The translations under genes were made by a program, and so were the position numbers. A DNA stretch of 41,238 nt from Nemertoderma westbladi (lineage: Eukaryota; Animalia; Xenacoelomorpha): the NCBI GenBank assembly GCA_032718475.1, contig JAUCBJ010009093.1, forward strand, positions 1-41,238, written 5' to 3'. The notes under the pieces are model-generated. The model was not told the DNA's origin. It did no database searches and saw nothing but the letters and a program-made list of their open reading frames with translations. The first letter of the stretch is position 1. Every line of letters starts with the position of its first letter. This document shows, piece after piece, positions 12,901 through 24,900 of the stretch.

Positions 12901-15900
12901 GGGTAACTCCTTATATGGGCTGTTTATCAGCACCGAAGGTTGGTCGGGTAACTCCTTATATGTGTTGTTTAACAGCACCGAAGGTTGGTTGGGTAACTCC
13001 TTATATGGGCTGTTTATCAGCACCGAAGGTTGGTTGGGTAACTCCTTATATGGGCTGTTTAACAGCACCGAAGGTTGGTTGGGTAACTCCTTATATGGGC
13101 TGTTTAACAGCACCGAAGGTTGGTTGGGTAACTCCTTATATGGGCTGTTTATCAGCACCGAGTTGGTCGGGTAACTCCTTATATGGGCTGTTTATCAGCA
13201 CCGAGTTGGTCTGGTAACTCCTTATATGGGCTGTTTAACACCAGTTGGTTGGGTAACTCCTTATATGGGCTGTTTAACACCAGTTGGTTGGGTAACTCCT
13301 TATATGGGCTGTTTATCAGCACCGAAGGTTGGTTCGGTAACTCCTTATATGGGCTGTTTAACACCAGTTGGTTGGGTAACTCCTTATTTGGGCTGTTTAA
13401 CACCAGTTGGTTCGGTAACTCCTTATATGGGCTGTTTAACACCAGTTGGTTGGGTAACTCCTTATATGGGCTGTTTATCAGCACCGAAGGTTGGTTGGGT
13501 AACTCCTTATATGGGCTGTTTATCAGCACTGAAGGTTGGTTGGGTAACTCCTTATATGGGCTGTTTATCAGCACCGAAGGTTGGTTGGGTAACTCCTTAT
13601 ATGGGTTGTTTATCAGCACCGAGTTGGTTGGGTAACTCCTTATATGGGCTGTTTAACACCAGTTGGTTGGGTAACTCCTTATATGGGCTGTTTAGCAGCA
13701 CCGAAGGTTGGTTGGGTAACTCCTTATATGGGCTGTTTATCAGCACCGAAGGTTGGTTGGGTAACTCCTTTTATGGGCTGTTTAACAGCACCGAAGGTTG
13801 GTTGGGTAACTCCTTATATGGGCTGTTTATCAGCACCGAAGGTTGGTTGGGTAACTCCTTATATGGGCTGTTTATCAGCACCGAAGGTTGGTTGGGTAAC
13901 TCCTTATATGGGTTGTTTAACGCCAGTTGGTCGGGTAACTCCTTATGGGCTGTTTATCAGCACCGAAGGTTGGTTGGGTAACTCCTTTTATGGGCTGTTT
14001 ATCAGCACCGAAGGTTGGTTGGGTAACTCCTTATATGGGCTGTTTAACACCAGTTGGTCGGGTAACTCCTTATGGGCTGTTTATCAGCACCGAAGGTTGG
14101 TTGGGTAACTCCTTATATGGGCTGTTTAACAGCACCGAAGGTTGGTTGGGTAACTCCTTATATGGGCTGTTTATCAGCACCGAAGGTTGGTTGGGTAACT
14201 CCTTATATGGGCTGTTTATCAGCACCGAAGGTTGGTTGGGTAACTCCTTATATGGGTTGTTTATCAGCACCGAGTTGGTTGGGTAACTCCTTATATGGGC
14301 TGTTTAACACCAGTTGGTTGGGTAACTCCTTATATGGGCTGTTTAGCAGCACCGAAGGTTGGTTGGGTAACTCCTTATATGGGCTGTTTATCAGCACCGA
14401 AGGTTGGTTGGGTAACACCTTTTATGGGCTGTTTAACAGCACCGAAGGTTGGTTGGGTAACTCCTTATATGTGTTGTTTAACAGCACCGAAGGTTGGTTG
14501 GGTAACTCCTTATATGGGCTGTTTATCAGCACCGAAGGTTGGTCGGGTAACTCCTTATATGTGTTGTTTAACAGCACCGAAGGTTGGTTGGGTAACTCCT
14601 TATATGGGCTGTTTATCAGCACCGAAGGTTGGTTGGGTAACTCCTTATATGGGCTGTTTAACAGCACCGAAGGTTGGTTGGGTAACTCCTTATATGGGCT
14701 GTTTAACAGCACCGAAGGTTGGTTGGGTAACTCCTTATATGGGCTGTTTATCAGCACCGAGTTGGTCGGGTAACTCCTTATATGGGCTGTTTATCAGCAC
14801 CGAGTTGGTCGGGTAACTCCTTATATGGGCTGTTTAACACCAGTTGGTTGGGTAACTCCTTATATGGGCTGTTTAACACCAGTTGGTTGGGTAACTCCTT
14901 ATATGGGCTGTTTATCAGCACCGAAGGTTGGTTGGGTAACTCCTTATATGGGCTGTTTAACACCAGTTGGTTGGGTAACTCCTTATTTGGGCTGTTTAAC
15001 ACCAGTTGGTTCGGTAACTCCTTATATGGGCTGTTTAACACCAGTTGGTTGGGTAACTCCTTATATGGGCTGTTTATCAGCACCGAAGGTTGGTTGGGTA
15101 ACTCCTTATATGGGTTGTTTATCAGCACCGAGTTGGTTGGGTAACTCCTTATATGGGCTGTTTAACACCAGTTGGTTGGGTAACTCCTTATATGGGCTGT
15201 TTAGCAGCACCGAAGGTTGGTTGGGTAACTCCTTATATGGGCTGTTTATCAGCACCGAAGGTTGGTCGGGTAACTCCTTATATGGGCTGTTTATCAGCAC
15301 CGAAGGTTGGTTGGGTAACTCCTTATATGGGCTGTTTAACACCAGTTGGTTGGATAACTCCTTATATGGGCTGTTTAACAGCACCGAAGGTTGGTTGGGT
15401 AACTCCTTATATGGGCTGTTTAACACCAGTTGGTTGGGTAACTCCTTATATGGGCTGTTTAACACCAGTTGGTTGGGTAACTCCTTATATGGGCTGTTTA
15501 TCAGCACCGAAGGTTGGTTGGGTAACTCCTTATATGGGCTGTTTATCAGCACCGAATGTTGATTGGGTAACTCCTTCTATGGGCTGTTTAACACCAGTTG
15601 GTTGGGTAACTCCTTATATGGGCTGTTTATCAGCACCGAAGGTTGGTCGGGTAACTCCTTATATGGGCTGTTTAACAGCACCGAAGGTTGGTTGGGTAAC
15701 TCCTTTTATGGGCTGTTTATCAGCACCGAAGGTTGGTTGGGTAACTCCTTATATGGGCTGTTTAACACCAGTTGGTCGGGTAACTCCTTATGGGCTGTTT
15801 ATCAGCACCGAAGGTTGGTTGGGTAACTCCTTATATGGGCTGTTTAACAGCACCGAAGGTTGGTTGGGTAACTCCTTATATGGGCTGTTTATCAGCACCG

Positions 15901-18900
15901 AAGGTTGGTTGGGTAACTCCTTATATGGGCTGTTTAACAGCACCGAAGGTTGGTTGGGTAACTCCTTTTATGGGCTGTTTATCAGCACCGAAGGTTGGTT
16001 GGGTAACTCCTTATATGGGCTGTTTAACAGCACCGAAGGTTGGTTGGGTAACTCCTTATATGGGCTGTTTATCAGCACCGAAGGTTGGTTGGGTAACTCC
16101 TTATATGGGCTGTTTATCAGCACCGAAGGTTGGTTGGGTAACTCCTTATATGGGCTGTTTATCAGCACCGAAGGTTGGTTGGGTAACTCCTTATATGGGC
16201 TGTTTATCGGCACCGAGTTGGTTGGTTAACTCCTTATATGGGCTGTTTAACACCAGTTGGTCGGGTAACTCCTTATGGGCTGTTTATCAGCACCGAAGGT
16301 TGGTTGGGTAACTCCTTATATGGGCTGTTTAACAGCACCGAAGGTTGGTTGGGTAACTCCTTATATGGGCTGTTTATCAGCACCGAAGGTTGGTTGGGTA
16401 ACTCCTTATATGGGCTGTTTATCAGCACCGAAGGTTGGTTGGGTAACTCCTTTTATGGGCTGTTTAACAGCACCGAAGGTTGGTTGGGTAACTCCTTATA
16501 TGGGCTGTTTATCAGCACCGAAGGTTGGTTGGGTAACTCCTTATATGGGCTGTTTATCAGCACCGAAGGTTGGTTGGGTAACTCCTTTTATGGGCTGTTT
16601 AACAGCACCGAAGGTTGGTTGGGTAACTCCTTATATGGGCTGTTTATCAGCACCGAAGGTTGGTTGGGTAACTCCTTATATGGGCTGTTTATCAGCACCG
16701 AAGGTTGGTTGGGTAACTCCTTATATGGGCTGTTTATCAGCACCGAAGGTTGGTTGGGTAACTCCTTATATGGGCTGTTTATCGGCACCGAGTTGGTTGG
16801 TTAACTCCTTATATGGGCTGTTTAACAGCACCGAAGGTTGGTTGGGTAACTCCTTATATGGGCTGTTTATCAGCACCGAAGGTTGGTTGGGTAACTCCTT
16901 ATATGGGCTGTTTATCAGCACCGAAGGTTGGTTGGGTAACTCCTTTTATGGGCTGTTTAACAGCACCGAAGGTTGGTTGGGTAACTCCTTATATGGGCTG
17001 TTTATCAGCACCGAAGGTTGGTTGGGTAACTCCTTATATGGGCTGTTTATCAGCACCGAAGGTTGGTTGGGTAACTCCTTATATGGGCTGTTTATCAGCA
17101 CCGAAGGTTGGTTGGGTAACTCCTTATATGGGCTGTTTATCAGCACCGAAGGTTGGTTGGGTAACTCCTTATATGGGCTGTTTATCAGCACCGAAGGTTG
17201 GTTGGGTAACTCCTTTTATGGGCTGTTTAACAGCACCGAAGGTTGGTTGGGTAACTCCTTATATGGGCTGTTTATCAGCACCGAAGGTTGGTTGGGTAAC
17301 TCCTTATATGGGCTGTTTATCAGCACCGAAGGTTGGTTGGGTAACTCCTTATATGGGTTGTTTAACGCCAGTTGGTCGGGTAACTCCTTATGGGCTGTTT
17401 ATCAGCACCGAAGGTTGGTTGGGTAACTCCTTTTATGGGCTGTTTATCAGCACCGAAGGTTGGTTGGGTAACTCCTTATATGGGCTGTTTAACACCAGTT
17501 GGTCGGGTAACTCCTTATGGGCTGTTTATCAGCACCGAAGGTTGGTTGGGTAACTCCTTATATGGGCTGTTTAACAGCACCGAAGGTTGGTTGGGTAACT
17601 CCTTATATGGGCTGTTTATCAGCACCGAAGGTTGGTTGGGTAACTCCTTATATGGGCTGTTTAACAGCACCGAAGGTTGGTTGGGTAACTCCTTTTATGG
17701 GCTGTTTATCAGCACCGAAGGTTGGTTGGGTAACTCCTTATATGGGCTGTTTAACAGCACCGAAGGTTGGTTGGGTAACTCCTTATATGGGCTGTTTAAC
17801 AGCACCGAAGGTTGGTTGGGTAACTCCTTATATGGGCTGTTTAACAGCACCGAAGGTTGGTTGGGTAACTCCTTATATGGGCTGTTTAACACCAGTTGGT
17901 CGGGTAACTCCTTATATGGGCTGTTTAACAGCACCGAAGGTTGGTTGGGTAACTCCTTATATGGGCTGTTTAACAGCAGCGAAGGTTGGTTGGGTAACTC
18001 CTTATATGTGTTGTTTAACAGCACCGAAGGTTGGTTGGGTAACTCCTTATATGGGCTGTTTATCAGCACCGAAGGTTGGTTGGGTAACTCCTTATATGGG
18101 CTGTTTAACACCAGTTGGTCGGGTAACTCCTTATATGGGCTGTTTAACAGCACCGAAGGTTGGTTGGGTAACTCCTTATATGGTCTGTTTAACAGCACCG
18201 AAGGTTGGTTGGGTAACTCCTTATATGTGTTGTTTAACAGCACCGAAGGTTGGTTGGGTAACTCCTTATATGGGCTGTTTATCAGCACCAAAGGTTGGTT
18301 GGGTAACTCCTTATATGGGCTGTTTAACAGCACCGAAGGTTGGTTGGGTAACTCCTTATATGTGTTGTTTAACAGCACCGAAGGTTGGTTGGGTAACTCC
18401 TTATATGGGCTGTTTAACAGCACCGAAGGTTGGTTGGGTAACTCCTTATATGTGTTGTTTAACAGCACCGAAGGTTGGTTGGGTAACTCCTTATATGGGC
18501 TGTTTATCAGCACCGAAGGTTGGTCGGGTAACTCCTTATATGTGTTGTTTAACAGCACCGAAGGTTGGTTGGGTAACTCCTTATATGGGCTGTTTATCAG
18601 CACCGAAGGTTGGTTGGGTAACTCCTTATATGGGCTGTTTAACAGCACCGAAGGTTGGTTGGGTAACTCCTTATATGGGCTGTTTAACAGCACCGAAGGT
18701 TGGTTGGGTAACTCCTTATATGGGCTGTTTATCAGCACCGAGTTGGTCGGGTAACTCCTTATATGGGCTGTTTATCAGCACCGAGTTGGTCGGGTAACTC
18801 CTTATATGGGCTGTTTAACACCAGTTGGTTGGGTAACTCCTTATATGGGCTGTTTAACACCAGTTGGTTGGGTAACTCCTTATATGGGCTGTTTATCAGC

Positions 18901-21900
18901 ACCGAAGGTTGGTTCGGTAACTCCTTATATGGGCTGTTTAACACCAGTTGGTTGGGTAACTCCTTATTTGGGCTGTTTAACACCAGTTGGTTCGGTAACT
19001 CCTTATATGGGCTGTTTAACACCAGTTGGTTGGGTAACTCCTTATATGGGCTGTTTATCAGCACCGAAGGTTGGTTGGGTAACTCCTTATATGGGCTGTT
19101 TATCAGCACTGAAGGTTGGTTGGGTAACTCCTTATATGGGCTGTTTATCAGCACCGAAGGTTGGTTGGGTAACTCCTTATATGGGTTGTTNNNNNNNNNN
19201 NNNNNNNNNNNNNNNNNNNNNNNNNNNNNNNNNNNNNNNNNNNNNNNNNNNNNNNNNNNNNNNNNNNNNNNNNNNNNNNNNNNNNNNNNNGTTGTTTATC
19301 AGCAGCGAAGGTTGGTTGGGTAACTCCTTATATGGGCTGTTTATCAGCACCGAAGGTTGGTTGGGTAACTTCTTATATGGGCTGTTTATCAGCACCGAAG
19401 GTTGGTTGGGTAACTCCTTATATGGGCTGTTTATCAGCACCGAAGGTTGGTTGGGTAACTCCTTATATGGGTTGTTTATCAGCACCGAGTTGGTTGGGTA
19501 ACTCCTTATATGGGCTGTTTAACACCAGTTGGTTGGGTAACTCCTTATATGGGCTGTTTAGCAGCACCGAAGGTTGGTTGGGTAACTCCTTATATGGGCT
19601 GTTTATCAGCACCGAAGGTTGGTCGGGTACCTCCTTATATGGGCTGTTTATCAGCACCGAAGGTTGCTTGGGTAACTCCTTATATGGGCTGTTTAACAGC
19701 AGTTGGTTGGATAACTCCTTATATAGGCTGTTTAACAGCACCGAAGGTTGGTTGGGTAACTCCTTATATGGGCTGTTTAACACCAGTTGGTTGGGTAACT
19801 CCTTATATGGGCTGTTTAACACCAGTTGGTTGGGTAACTCCTTATATAGGCTGTTTATCAGCACCGAAGGTTGGTTGGGTAACTCCCTATATGGGCTGTT
19901 TATCAGCACAGAATGTTGATTGGGTAACTCCTTCTATGGGCTGTTTAACACCAGTTGGTTGGGTAACTCCTTATATGGGCTGTTTATCAGCACCGAAGGT
20001 TGGTCGGGTAACTCCTTATATGGGCTGTTTATCAGCACCGAAGGTTGGTTGGGTAACTCCTTATATGGGATGTTTAACGGCACCGAAGGTTGGTCGGGTA
20101 ACTCCTTATATGGGCTGTTTATCAGCACCGAGTTGGTCGGGTAACTCCTTATATGGGCTGTTTAACACCAGTTGGTTGGGTAACTCCTTATATGGGCTGT
20201 TTAACACCAGTTGGTTGGGTAACTCCTTATATGGGCTGTTTATCAGCACCGAAGGTTGGTCGGGTAACTCCTTACATGGGTTGTTTATCAGCACCGAAGG
20301 TTGGTTGGGTAACTCTTTATATGGGCTGTTTAACAGCAGTTGGTTGGGTAACTCCTTATATGGGCTGTTTATCAGCACCGAAGGTTGGTTGGGTAACTCT
20401 TTATATGGGCTGTTTATCAGCGCCGAAGGTTGGTTGGGTAACTCCTTATATGGGCTGTTTAACACCAGTTGGTTGGGTAACTCCTTATATGGGCTGTTTA
20501 ACACCAGTTGGTTGGGTAACTCCTTATATGGGCTGTTTATCAGCACCGAAGGTTGGTTGGGTAACTCCTTATATGGGCTGTTTAACACCAGTTGGTTGGG
20601 TAACTCCTTATATGGGCTGTTTATCAGCACCGAAGGTTGGTTGGGTAACTCCTTATATGGGCTGTTTAACACCAGTTGGTTGGGTAACTCCTTATATGGG
20701 CTGTTTAGCAGCACCGAAGGTTGGTTGGGTAACTCCTTATATGGGCTGTTTAACACCAGTTGGTCGGGTAACTCCTTATGGGCTGTTTATCAGCACCGAA
20801 GGTAGGTTGGGTAACTCCTTATATGGGCTGTTTAACAGCACCGAAGGTTGGTTGGGTAACTCCTTATATGGGCTGTTTAACAGCACCGAAGGTTGGTTGG
20901 GTAACTCCTTATATGGGCTGTTTATCAGCAACAAAGGTTGGTTGGGTAACTCCTTATATGGGCTGTTTATCAGCACCGAAGGTTGGTTGGGTAACTCCTT
21001 ATATGGGCTGTTTATCAGCACCGACAGTTGGTTGGGTAACTCCTTATATGGGCTGTTTATCAGCAACGAAGGTTGGTTGGGTAACTCCTTATATGGGCTG
21101 TTTATCAGCACCGAAGGTTGGTTGGGTAACTCCTTATATGGGCTGTTTATCAGCACCGAAGGTTGGTTGGGTAACTCCTTATATGGGCTGTTTATCAGCA
21201 GTTGGTTGGGTAACTCCTTATATGGGCTGTTTAACACCAGTTGGTTGGGTAACTCCTTACATGGGCTGTTTATTAGCACCGAAGGTTGGTTGGGTAACTC
21301 CTTATATGGGCTGTTTAACAGCACCGAAGGTTGGTTGGGTAACTCCTTATATGGGCTGTTTATCAGCAACGAAGGTTGGTTGGGTAACTCCTTATATGGG
21401 CTGTTTATCAGCACCGAAGGTTGGTTGGGTAACTCCTTATATGGGCTGTTTATCAGCAACGAAGGTTGGTTGGGTAACTCCTTATATGGGCTGTTTATCA
21501 GCACCGAAGGTTGGTTGGGTAACTCCTTATATGGGCTGTTTAACAGCACCGAAGGTTGGTTGGGTAACTCCTTATATGGGCTGTTTATCAGCAACGAAGG
21601 TTGGTTGGGTAACTCCTTATATGGGCTGTTTATCAGCACCGAAGGTTGGTTGGGTAACTCCTTATATGGGCTGTTTAACACCAGTTGGTTGGGTAACTCC
21701 TTACATGGGCTGTTTATCAGCACCGAAGGTTGGTTGGGTAACTCCTTATATGGGCTGTTTATCAGCACCGAAGGTTGGTTGGGTAACTCCTTATATGGGC
21801 TGTTTAACACCAGTTGGTTGGGTAACTCCTTATATGGGCTGGTTAACACCAGTTGGTTGGGTAACTCCTTATATGGGCTGTTTATCAGCACCGAAGGTTG

Positions 21901-24900
21901 GTTGGGTAACTCCTTATATGGGCTGTTTAACACCAGTTGGTTGGGTAACTCCTTATATGGGCTGGTTAACACCAGTTGGTTGGGTAACTCCTTATATGGG
22001 CTGTTTATCAGCACCGAAGGTTGGTTGGGTAACTCCTTATATGGGCTGTTTAACACCAGTTGGTTGGGTAACTCCTTACATGGGCTGTTTATCAGCACCG
22101 AAGGTTGGTTGGGTAACTCCTTATATGGGCTGTTTATCAGCACCGAAGGTTGGTCCTGTAACTCCTTATATGGGCTGTTTATCAGCACCGAGGTTGGTTG
22201 GGTAACTCCTTATATGGGCTGTTTATCAGCGCCGAAGGTTGGTTGGGTAACTCCTTATATGGGCTGTTTAACACCAGTTGGTTGGGTAACTCCTTATATG
22301 GGCTGGTTAACACCAGTTGGTTGGGTAACTCCTTATATGGGCTGTTTATCAGCACCGAAGGTTGGTTGGGTAACTCCTTATATGGGCTGTTTAACACCAG
22401 TTGGTTGGGTAACTCCTTATATGGGCTGTTTAACACCAGGTGGTTGGGTAACTCCTTATATGGGCTGTTTAACACCAGTTGGTTGGGTAACTCCTTATAT
22501 GGGCTGTTTATCAGCACCGAATGTTGGTTGGGTAACTCCTTAAGGGTTGTTTATCAGCAGCGAAGGTTGGTTGGGTAACTCCTTATATGGGCTGTTTAAC
22601 ACCAGTTGGTTGGGTAACTCCTTATATGGGCTGTTTAACACCAGTTGGTTGGGTAACTCCTTATATGGGCTGTTTATCAGCACCGACAGTTGGTTGGGTA
22701 ACTCCTCATATGGGCTGTTTAACACCAGTTGGTTGGGTAACTCCTTATATAGGCTGTTTAACAGCACCGAAGGTTGGTTGGGTAACTCCTTATATGGGCT
22801 GTTTAACACCAGTTGGTTGGGTAACTCCTTATATGGGCTGTTTATCAGCACCGAATGTTGGTTGGGTAACTCCTTAAGGGTTGTTTATCAGCAGCGAAGG
22901 TTGGTTGGGTAACTCCTTATATGGGCTGTTTATCAGCACCGAAGGTTGGTTGGGTAACTCCTTATATGGGCTGTTTATCAGCACCGAAGGTTGGTTGGGT
23001 AACTCCTTATATGGGCTGTTTATCAGCACCGAAGGTTGGTTGGGTAACTCCTTATATGGGTTGTTTATCAGCACCGAAGGTTGGTTGGGTAACTCCTTAT
23101 ATGGGCTGTTTAACAGCACCGAAGGTTGGTCGGGTGACTCCTTATATGGGCTGTTTAACACCAGTTGGTTGGGTAACTCCTTATATGGGCTGTTTAGCAG
23201 CACCGAAGGTTGGTTGGGTAACTCCTTGAGTCCTTATATGGGCTGTTTATCAGCACCGAAGGTTGGTTGGGTAACTCCTTATATGGGCTGTTTATCAGCA
23301 CCGAGTTGGTTGGGTAACTCCTTATATGGGCTGTTTAACACCAGTTGGTTGGGTAACTCCTTATATGGGCTGTTTAGCAGCACCGAAGGTTGGTTGGGTA
23401 ACTCCTTATATGGGCTGTTTATCAGCACCGAAGGTTGGTTGGGTAACTCCTTATATGGGCTGTTTATCAGCACCGAAGGTTGGTCGGGTAACTCCTTAAG
23501 GGTTGTTTATCAGCAGCGAAGGTTGGTTGGGTAACTCCTTATATGGGCTGTTTATCAGCACCGACAGTTGGTTGGGTAACTCCTCATATGGGCTGTTTAA
23601 CACCAGTTGGTTGGGTAACTCCTTATATAGGCTGTTTAACAGCACCGAAGGTTGGTTGGGTAACTCCTTATATGGGCTGTTTAACACCAGTTGGTTGGGT
23701 AACTCCTTATATGGGCTGTTTATCAGCACCGAATGTTGGTTGGGTAACTCCTTAAGGGTTGTTTATCAGCAGCGAAGGTTGGTTGGGTAACTCCTTATAT
23801 GGGCTGTTTATCAGCACCGAAGGTTGGTTGGGTAACTCCTTATATGGGCTGCTTATCAGCACCGAAGGTTGGTTGGGTAACTCCTTATATGGGCTGTTTA
23901 TCAGCACCGAAGGTTGGTTGGGTAACTCCTTATATGGGTTGTTTATCAGCACCGAGTTGGTTGGGTAACTCCTTATATGGGCTGTTTAACACCAGTTGGT
24001 TGGGTAACTCCTTATATGGGCTGTTTAGCAGCACCGAAGGTTGGTTGGGTAACTCCTTATATGGGCTGTTTATCAGCACCGAAGGTTGGTTGGGTAACTC
24101 CTTATATAGGCTGTGTGACAGCACCGAAGGTTGGTTGGGTAACTCCTTATATGGGCTGTTTAGCAGCACCGAAGGTTGGTTGGGTAACTCCTTAAGGGTT
24201 GTTTATCAGCAGCGAAGGTTGGTTGGGTAACTCCTTATATGGGCTGTTTATCAGCACCGAAGGTTGGTTGGGTAACTCCTTATATGGGCTGTTTATCAGC
24301 ACCGAAGGTTGGTTGGGTAACTCCTTATATGGGCTGTTTATCAGCACCGAAGGTTGGTTGGGTAACTCCTTATATGGGTTGTTTATCAGCACCGAGTTGG
24401 TTGGGTAACTCCTTATATGGGCTGTTTAACACCAGTTGGTTGGGTAACTCCTTATATGGGCTGTTTAGCAGCACCGAAGGTTGGTTGGGTAACTCCTTAT
24501 ATGGGCTGTTTATCAGCACCGAAGGTTGGTTGGGTAACTCCTTATATAGGCTGTGTGACAGCACCGAAGGTTGGTTGGGTAACTCCTTATATGGACTGTT
24601 TAACACCAGTTGGTTGGGTAACTCCTTATATGGGCTGTTTAACAGCACCGAAGGTTGGTCGGGTACCTCCTTATATGGGCTGTTTATCAGCACCGAAGGT
24701 CGGTTGGGTAACTCCTTATATGGGCTTTTTAACACCAGTTGGTTGGGTAACTCCTTATATGGGCTGTTTATCAGCACCGAATGTTGGTTGGGTAACTCCT
24801 TATGGGTTGTTTATCAGCACCGAAGGTTGGTTGGGTAACTCCTTATATGGGCTGTTTATCAGCACCGACAGTTGGTCGGGTACCTCCTTATATGGGCTGT

